Shown: positions 42,117-48,119 of the stretch, one piece after another | How the letters are laid out: each line of letters opens with the position of its first letter | Numbering within the stretch: the first letter of the stretch is position 1 | Assembly (NCBI GenBank): GCA_030672255.1 | Contig: DAOVGU010000137.1 | Location: 1 to 48,119 of the forward strand | DNA length: 48,119 bases | DNA from: a bacterium | GTDB lineage: Bacteria > Ratteibacteria > UBA8468 | Direction of reading: 5' to 3' | Position numbers and translations under genes: made by a program | The notes under the pieces: model-generated | Database searches by the model: none | The model's input: only the letters and a program-made list of their open reading frames with translations | What the model was told of the DNA's origin: nothing

Positions 42117-43325
42117 TTACCTAATCAGGTCCGCGTATTTTTCTCTTTCCCGGATGACTCTATCCTTAGCTTGGGAAACAAGAATCTCCGGGAGTCTCAG
42201 GCGACTATTGTAGTTTGAGGACATAGAAAAGCCATAGGCGCCGGTATCCTTAATGGCTAAAAAATCCCCTTCCTTTAAGGAAAGGGGTAGCCTCCTATTT
42301 TTCCCCAAGAAATCACCGGATTCGCAAATCGGACCGACAATGTTTCCGATAAAACTCTTCCCCGAGGGTTTTTTCAGGGGAACAATTTCGTGATAGGCTC
42401 CATAAAGGGATGGCCGGAGGAGGTCATTGAGTCCGGCATCAACCACAACAAACTTTCCTTTCAGATAAAGTACGCGAGTAACCAAAATGCCAGAGCCTCC
42501 CACAATGTATCTTCCCGGTTCAAAAATGATTTTTGCTCTCAGCTCCTTCAGGAGGGAAATGATGCTTATAGCAAAATCTTTGATGGAAGGGACCTTTTTC
42601 TCATATTGGATGGGGAAACCACCACCAATATCAAGGACGTCTACCTTAATTCTTTCCTTTCTGATAAAATTTATTAACTTCTTGATTGCTATTTGGTAGA
42701 CTTCGGGGAAGGTGATTTGAGAGCCAAGATGGATGTGAAGCCCCAAAATATTGATTTTGGGAAAAGAAGCTTTGTCCTTAAAGATTTTTGCCACCTCTTT
42801 CCAGCCAATTCCGAACTTAGATTCCTTCCTGCCCGTGGCAACATACCGATGCGTCTTAGGCTCAACATCAGGGTTGACCCTGAGGTTGCAGTTTACTCTT
42901 CTATTAAGCTTGGATGCGATTTTATTGATTAATTTTAATTCCGAAGCCGATTCAACGTTGAATAAATAAATATTCTTTTTTATTGCCTCCTTAATTTCCT
43001 CTTCCCTTTTGCCGACCCCGGCAAAGACAATTTTTTCCGGCGGGATCCCGGCCTTTAAGGCCAAAAATAGTTCTCCCAGGGAAACGATGTCCGCCCCAGC
43101 CCCAAGATTTTTTAAAATTTTTAAAAGGGAAAGATTGGAGTTTGCCTTCAGGCTATAGCAGATGAGAGGAAAAAGCGTAGAAAACGCTTTTTCAAATTTT
43201 CTGTACTGACTGCAAATAGAATTTTTGCCATAAAGATAACAAGGGGTGCCGATCTTTTCCGCAATCTCGCCTACCTTTACCCCTTCGCAATAAAGACTAT
43301 TTTTATAATAAAAAAAAAGTTCCAT
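42117..43325 (-). CDS. lysA: diaminopimelate decarboxylase
   Basis: 402 aa. It has the PLP-Lys context CYSLKANS, GGGF, and CESGD. Confidence 0.92.
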   Translation of the reverse strand: MELFFYYKNSLYCEGVKVGEIAEKIGTPCYLYGKNSICSQYRKFEKAFSTLFPLICYSLKANSNLSLLKILKNLGAGADIVSLGELFLALKAGIPPEKIVFAGVGKREEEIKEAIKKNIYLFNVESASELKLINKIASKLNRRVNCNLRVNPDVEPKTHRYVATGRKESKFGIGWKEVAKIFKDKASFPKINILGLHIHLGSQITFPEVYQIAIKKLINFIRKERIKVDVLDIGGGFPIQYEKKVPSIKDFAISIISLLKELRAKIIFEPGRYIVGGSGILVTRVLYLKGKFVVVDAGLNDLLRPSLYGAYHEIVPLKKPSGKSFIGNIVGPICESGDFLGKNRRLPLSLKEGDFLAIKDTGAYGFSMSSNYNSRLRLPEILVSQAKDRVIREREKYADLIR

Positions 43326-43957
43326 TACTTATACCGGGAAAGGTCAACCTCAAACCTCAGTTCCCTCTCCTCCTCCCATCTACCTCTGATAAGGATGACG
43401 ATAATCTTTTCCTTGGGTTTTATTTTCTCATAAGGAAAAAAACCTTTGACAACCGCTTCGTAGCCTGGACTGTTTGGCCAGGTTTCTCTTGGTTTACCAA
43501 GTGAGTCGCTCTCTGTCTTTGTGGGAGCAACAACCCCCAATTCTCTCCTTCCTCTTATTGAACGGGAGGTGATAATTACTAAGGAATACTCCCGGGCAAA
43601 ATCAATTCTATCCCCTACGGTATGGATTTCAATGAGAAAATCCTTTTTTGCTAAGATTGCTTTTTGCTCCCCTTCGGAAAGTTTCCCTCCCTTTTCCTTC
43701 GCTTCGCCAGCTGCCAAAGCCAGATCAACATATTTGGTGACAAGGTAGCCATACTCATTGATGCTGGTGCTACAGCGAAACTTATATTTTCTTAAGATGC
43801 GAGATCCCTCCTCCCGCTCTCCCCAACCGATTGCCTGCCCTACCTCAGATTTACTCAAATTTACCTCAATCGCATGAACCTGAGGAATGAGGAAGAAGAA
43901 AATAAGCATTAAATATATAAAATTTCTCTTTTGAACGCAGATAAACGCAGATAACAT
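43325..43957 (-). CDS. secreted hypothetical protein
   Basis: Start chosen at MLSAFICVQKRNFIYLMLIFFFLIPQVHA (signal-peptide-like). Its stop overlaps the lysA ATG (TAATG). No family was recognised. The upstream ORF extension is repeat sequence. Confidence 0.55.
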   Translation of the reverse strand: MLSAFICVQKRNFIYLMLIFFFLIPQVHAIEVNLSKSEVGQAIGWGEREEGSRILRKYKFRCSTSINEYGYLVTKYVDLALAAGEAKEKGGKLSEGEQKAILAKKDFLIEIHTVGDRIDFAREYSLVIITSRSIRGRRELGVVAPTKTESDSLGKPRETWPNSPGYEAVVKGFFPYEKIKPKEKIIVILIRGRWEEERELRFEVDLSRYK

Positions 43958-43988
43958 CAGGATTAAGTTAAAAATCAAAGACGACGTA

Positions 43989-44185
43989 GTCATTGCGAGT
44001 GAACAACCCCGTATTAAATACGGGGGAGCGTGGCAATCCCATCTTGTCATTGCGAGTGAACAAAGTGAGCGTGGCAATCCCTCGCTTCTTTGAGATTGCG
44101 GAGCCTGTTCCGAGCCTGTCAATGAGATTGCTTCGGGATTTTATCCCTCGCAATGACAGGCGAAGAATCCCATGCCTCGCAATGA
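43989..44185. repeat. array of R1 units, the first carrying the R2 palindrome (44007-44026)
   Basis: GTCATTGCGAGTGAACAA[CCCCGTATTAAATACGGGG]GAGCGTGGCAATCCC is followed 20 nt later by the same unit with AGT at that point. Confidence 0.85.
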
Positions 44186-44194
44186 CACTTCGTG

Positions 44195-45562
44195 TCATTT
44201 TAATCTCTTCTCCCAGTCCTTTATTCTTTTGGCAACCTGCTTTGGGGAGGTTCCGCCAAAGGAGGTCTTGTCCTTCACTGAAGCCTCAACCTTTATTCTT
44301 TTCAGGGCATCCTTTTCAAATTTATCCGAGAACCTTCTTAACTCAGGTAAAGTTAGCTCCTTCAATCCTCTTCCTGAATCTCTGAGATGCTTAAGGATTT
44401 TACCCACAATCCGATGCGCTTTCCGAAAAGGAATCCCCTTTATCACCAAGTATTCTACCAAATCGGTTGCGGTTGTCTCCCCCCTTTCTGCCATTTTCTT
44501 CATCCTTTCCTTATCGAGTCTGATTTTTGGCAGAAATTTTGTAGAGATACTTAGGCAGGAACTCACAATCTCCATAATCTCAAAGAATCCTTCTTTATCC
44601 TCCTGCATATCCCGATTATAGGACAAAGGGAGGTTTTTCATCAAAGAAAAGAGTCCAAGAAGTTCACCATAGACCCTGGCTGTCTTTCCCCGGATTAGTT
44701 CCGGAATATCCGGGTTTTTCTTGTTTGGCATTAAAGAGGAGCCGGTAGCAAAAGACTCATCGATCTCTAAAAACCCAAATTCGGTACTATTCCAAAGGAT
44801 AATTTCCTCACTTAGGCGGGAAAGGTGCATCATAAGAATAGCGCTTGCGGAACCTACCTCAAGTAAGAAGTCTCTGTCACTGACCGCATCGATAGAGTTT
44901 TCTGCCACCTTGGTAAATCCCAGGACTTTTGCCGTAAATTTTCTATCGATGGGCAGGGAAGTACCAGCACCGCTTGCCGCTCCTAAAGGAGAAACATCAA
45001 CCCTGAGATAACCATCATTAAAGCGCTGCTTATCTCTCTCCAACATTTCCAGGTAAGCTAATAGCCAGTGGCTAAAAAGGATGGGCTGGGAGTGTTGGAG
45101 ATGGGTATAACCGGGCATGACGACATTCTGATACCTTCTTGCCACCCGCAAAATTGTTGTTTGAAATTCGGTGATTTGAGAGCTAATCTTTTTGATTTTC
45201 TCCTTCAGATAAAGCCTTTCATCCAGGGCAATCTGGTCATTGCGGGAACGAGCGGTATGAAGTTTCTCTCCTAAAACCCCAATTTTTTCTGTTAAGCAGC
45301 GTTCGATTGCCGTATGAATGTCTTCATCATTTTTAAAAATAAATTTTTCTTCTTCTATCTCCTTTTTAATTTCCTTTAAGTTTTTAATAATTTTTCTCGC
45401 CTCTTTCTCTTTAATAATCTTGCATTTAGCCAGCATTTTTATATGAGCAACACTGCCTAAGATATCATAATCTGCCAATTTCTTATCCACAGATAAAGAA
45501 GAGGTAAATTCCTCCACCTCCTTGTTCAGTTTCTTTTTAAATCTTGAATCCCAGAGTTTCAT
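44195..45562 (-). CDS. argH: argininosuccinate lyase
   Basis: Start at MKLWDSRF (ATG at 45560-45562). The signature is GSSLMPNKKNPD. Confidence 0.93.
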   Translation of the reverse strand: MKLWDSRFKKKLNKEVEEFTSSLSVDKKLADYDILGSVAHIKMLAKCKIIKEKEARKIIKNLKEIKKEIEEEKFIFKNDEDIHTAIERCLTEKIGVLGEKLHTARSRNDQIALDERLYLKEKIKKISSQITEFQTTILRVARRYQNVVMPGYTHLQHSQPILFSHWLLAYLEMLERDKQRFNDGYLRVDVSPLGAASGAGTSLPIDRKFTAKVLGFTKVAENSIDAVSDRDFLLEVGSASAILMMHLSRLSEEIILWNSTEFGFLEIDESFATGSSLMPNKKNPDIPELIRGKTARVYGELLGLFSLMKNLPLSYNRDMQEDKEGFFEIMEIVSSCLSISTKFLPKIRLDKERMKKMAERGETTATDLVEYLVIKGIPFRKAHRIVGKILKHLRDSGRGLKELTLPELRRFSDKFEKDALKRIKVEASVKDKTSFGGTSPKQVAKRIKDWEKRLK

Positions 45563-45575
45563 TGCTTTGTTAAAT

Positions 45576-45604
45576 ATTATACCAAACTCTTTGATAAAGG
45601 GCAA
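45576..45604 (-). promoter_or_regulatory. candidate argH promoter
   Basis: The minus strand reads TTGCCC (45604-45599), a 17-nt spacer, TATAAT (45581-45576), then 13 nt without an SD, then the ATG. Confidence 0.45.
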
Positions 45605-45618
45605 GTTTATGCTATAAT
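45591..45618 (+). promoter_or_regulatory. candidate topA promoter, leaderless geometry
   Basis: TTGATA (45591-45596), a 16-nt spacer, TATAAT (45613-45618), then 7 nt, then the ATG at 45626. Confidence 0.5.
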
Positions 45619-45625
45619 CAAAAAT

Positions 45626-47677
45626 ATGGTAAATTCTTTGGTTATTGTGGAATCGCCAGCAAAAGCAAAGACCATCTCTCGATTTTTAGGTAGAGATTTT
45701 CGGTTCTCTGCCTCCTTGGGACACATTCGAGACCTTCCCGCCCATAAGTTTGGGGTTGATATCCAGAAGGATTTTGAACCTACGTATGAGGTCCCTCCCG
45801 ATAAAAAAAAGATAGCGCGACAACTTCTTCTCGCGGCAAAAAATAGTGGAGATATCTACTTAGCTACCGATGAAGATCGAGAGGGCGAGGCGATTGCCTG
45901 GCATATTGCTACTCTTTTGAAGAAGCCTTTAGGGGAGGTCAAAAGGGTTGTCTTCCACGAAATTACTAAAAGTGCAATTCAGGAGGCCTTCAGCCATCCA
46001 CGCGGGATTAACCTTTCCCTAGTCAATGCCCAGCAGGCACGCCGCATTTTAGATCGGGTAGTTGGCTACCAATTAAGCCCCTTTCTCAGTGAGAAAATGC
46101 ACCAGAGAGGTCTTTCCGCCGGCAGGGTGCAATCGGTGGCTTTGCGGATGATTGCGGAAAGGGAAAAGGAGATTGAGAAATTTCATCCTCAGGAATACTG
46201 GAGCATAAAAGCCAATTTACGCCCCCACCCAAATCCCTCCCCCACAAGTGGGGAGGGAAGAAGGGAGGGGGGAGAAGGAAATTCCTCCTTTTTTGCAATT
46301 CTCTCTTCCATTGAAGGCAAAAAAATCCCCCAATTAGGTATCAAAACTAAAGAGGAGGCCGAGAATATCACCTCAGATTTAGAGGGCTCTTCATTTATCG
46401 TGGAGAGGCTCAAGAAAGAGGAAAAAAGGCGTCATCCTTTTCCTCCCTTCACAACCAGCACTTTACAACAGGAGGCCTCTTATAGATTAAGATTTTCTGC
46501 CAAAAAGACGATGCGGGTTGCCCAGCAACTCTACGAAGGAATTCAACTGGAGAAAGGTCAGGTTGGGCTCATTACCTATATGAGAACGGATTCCCTTTCC
46601 ATTTCCAACCTCGCTCAGAAAGAAGCTCTCTCCTACGTCAAAAATGAATTTGGAGAAGATTATGCACCTGAGAGGCCAAATTTTTATAAAACTAAAGCAA
46701 AGGGAGCGCAGGAAGCACATGAAGCAATTCGCCCCACCTCCGTTCTTCGCACCCCTGAGGCCATCAACAAGTTCTTAAATCCGGACCAGAACAAAATCTA
46801 TACCCTTATCTGGAATAGGTTTGTTGCCAGTCAGATGACACCGGCAATCTTTGACACCGTGACTGTTGAAATCAAGGCGGACAAATACCTCTTTTGCGCA
46901 AAGGGCGAAACATTAAAGTTTCCCGGATATAAAAGAGTATATTCCGAAGTAAAAAAGGAGCAGGAGACCATCCTTCCGGACCTGCAGGAAAAGGAGAAAC
47001 TTATTTTAGAGAAACTTATTCCTGAGCAACATTCCACCAAGCCACCAAGCCGTTACACCGAGGCAACCCTGATTAAAACGATGGAGAAGTATGGAATTGG
47101 CCGACCCTCCACCTATGCCCCGACAATCAGTACAATCCTGGATAGAAAATATGTGGAATTGGAAAAGCGTCATTTCAAACCCTTGCCCCTGGGGGTTACC
47201 GTCAATGAAATTCTGATAAAATACTTCTCGGAGTTAATTAAAGTTGACTTTACTGCCAGAATGGAGGAAAACTTAGATGAGATTGCTGCCGGCCAGCAGG
47301 AATGGGTGAAGGTATTAAATGACTTTTACCGGCCATTCTCGGAGAAATTAAGGGTTGCCTCTAGCGAACCAAGTCCACCACAGAACTTTGGCGGAAGGGA
47401 AAAGAGGAGACCCCCTGCACAAGAGACGGACGAGAAATGTCCAAAATGTGGCGCAGTTCTTCTTCTGCGGGAGGGCAAATACGGAAAATTCTTGGGCTGC
47501 AGTACCTTCCCTAAGTGTAAGTATACCAGGCCCTCAAATCAGGAAAAATCTTCTGCTCAGGAGACGGGTGAGAAATGTCCAAAATGTGGCTCTCCTCTTC
47601 TTCTGCGGGAGGGGAGGTACGGAAAGTTCTTCGGCTGCAGCAACTTTCCTAAGTGCAGGTATGTAAAGAAATGCTGA
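45626..47677 (+). CDS. topA: DNA topoisomerase I
   Basis: 683 aa. It has Toprim (VIVESPAKAKTI, DEDREGE), the active-site Tyr context GLITYMRTDS, and two C-terminal C4 zinc ribbons. Confidence 0.96.
   Translation: MVNSLVIVESPAKAKTISRFLGRDFRFSASLGHIRDLPAHKFGVDIQKDFEPTYEVPPDKKKIARQLLLAAKNSGDIYLATDEDREGEAIAWHIATLLKKPLGEVKRVVFHEITKSAIQEAFSHPRGINLSLVNAQQARRILDRVVGYQLSPFLSEKMHQRGLSAGRVQSVALRMIAEREKEIEKFHPQEYWSIKANLRPHPNPSPTSGEGRREGGEGNSSFFAILSSIEGKKIPQLGIKTKEEAENITSDLEGSSFIVERLKKEEKRRHPFPPFTTSTLQQEASYRLRFSAKKTMRVAQQLYEGIQLEKGQVGLITYMRTDSLSISNLAQKEALSYVKNEFGEDYAPERPNFYKTKAKGAQEAHEAIRPTSVLRTPEAINKFLNPDQNKIYTLIWNRFVASQMTPAIFDTVTVEIKADKYLFCAKGETLKFPGYKRVYSEVKKEQETILPDLQEKEKLILEKLIPEQHSTKPPSRYTEATLIKTMEKYGIGRPSTYAPTISTILDRKYVELEKRHFKPLPLGVTVNEILIKYFSELIKVDFTARMEENLDEIAAGQQEWVKVLNDFYRPFSEKLRVASSEPSPPQNFGGREKRRPPAQETDEKCPKCGAVLLLREGKYGKFLGCSTFPKCKYTRPSNQEKSSAQETGEKCPKCGSPLLLREGRYGKFFGCSNFPKCRYVKKC
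46222..46275. repeat. R3 nested palindrome in frame in topA
   Basis: CCCCCACCCAAATCCCTCCCCCACAAGTGGGGAGGGAAGAAGGGAGGGGGGAG is read as (R)PHPNPSPTSGEGRREGGEG. Confidence 0.85.
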
Positions 47678-47824
47678 TCATTCCCCTTTAAGCCTTTCCT
47701 AAATGGGCCGAATTCCCTCTTGAAATTTCACCATAAGAAAAACAGAGAATATTCTTCTGAAATGCTTCAACACAGAGGACAATGTATGTAAATATTCAGT
47801 AAAAGCCGTTATTTTCAAGTAGAC

Positions 47825-47883
47825 GTAGGCTGGTAGCCGCAGGATTCATCCTGCGCCTGCGCAACCTAAAGGTTGCGACTACC
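47825..47883. repeat. pair of REP-like GTAG hairpins
   Basis: GTAGgctgGTAG-CCGCAGGAttcaTCCTGCG and GCGCAACCtaaaGGTTGCG-aCTAC. Confidence 0.65.
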
Positions 47884-47976
47884 TTTTGGTACGGTGTTCA
47901 CTGAGTACTTACTTACAGTTTAAAGTTAAAAGTTGAGAGTTAAAAGGTAAATATTCAGTAAAGTACGTTCCATCCT

Positions 47977-48106
47977 GTCATTGCGAGCGAACAACCCCGT
48001 ATTAAATACGGGGGAGTGGGGCAATCCCTCGCTTCTTTGAGATTGCTTCGTCGTTAATACTCCTCGCAACGACTGCGTCGGATTGCTTCACTTCGTTCGC
48101 AATGAC
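47977..48106. repeat. R1 composite element with nested R2 palindrome (47995-48015)
   Basis: GTCATTGCGAGCGAACAA-CCCCGTATTAAATACGGGGG-AGTGGGGCAATCCCTCGC...TTCGCAATGAC. Confidence 0.85.
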
Positions 48107-48119
48107 GTGGTTCACTGAG

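Noticed and set aside
43989-44185. CRISPR array hypothesis for the tandem GTCATTGCGAG units (also 4746-5814)
   Set aside because: The units are internally palindromic, variable in length, not separated by unique spacers of regular size, and dispersed at ten loci. No cas genes are present.

Overview
This is a 48.1 kb chromosomal segment from what looks like an uncultivated diderm bacterium (an Mla lipid-transport operon is present). Spot counts of 60-nt lines give about 40% G+C. I can support about 40 protein genes and one tRNA-Leu(CAG). Thirty-one CDS plus the tRNA form one unbroken minus-strand block from 11.8 to 45.6 kb.

Gene content, in order:
- hexulose-6-phosphate synthase fused to an RraA-like domain
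- a stand-alone GAD-domain protein
- a MEMO-family gene broken by one in-frame TAA
- PiT phosphate transporter plus a DUF47 regulator
- larB, vapBC, uvrB, nadC, mtaB
- argJ, ispD, a PIN-TRAM (yacL-like) protein, mlaD/F/E, dnaB
- rplI-rpsR-ssb-rpsF
- holB, a compositionally foreign Gfo/Idh/MocA oxidoreductase, tmk, tgt, queA
- a ~15 kb envelope-glycosylation locus: ugd, three SDR epimerase/dehydratases, three Dpm1/ArnC-like GT2 domains, four GT-C (ArnT/PMT-like) membrane transferases, one GT4, two methyltransferase domains
- lysA, a secreted hypothetical protein, argH, topA

The most unusual signal is not a gene cassette. It is the DNA between and inside the genes. At least eight families of short palindromic or terminal-inverted-repeat (TIR) elements are nested into one another.
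- They are embedded in frame in nine otherwise ordinary genes: Memo, nadC, dnaB, queA, ugd, an SDR, two GT-C genes and topA.
- They sit exactly between stop and start codons inside operons.
- They donate start codons, stop codons and terminal peptides.
- In one case they fuse a GT-C gene to a GT2 gene.

I saw no CRISPR array, integrase, transposase, phage genes or recognisable defence genes apart from vapBC. All calls come from reading the sequence and the ORF translations by eye; no searches were run.
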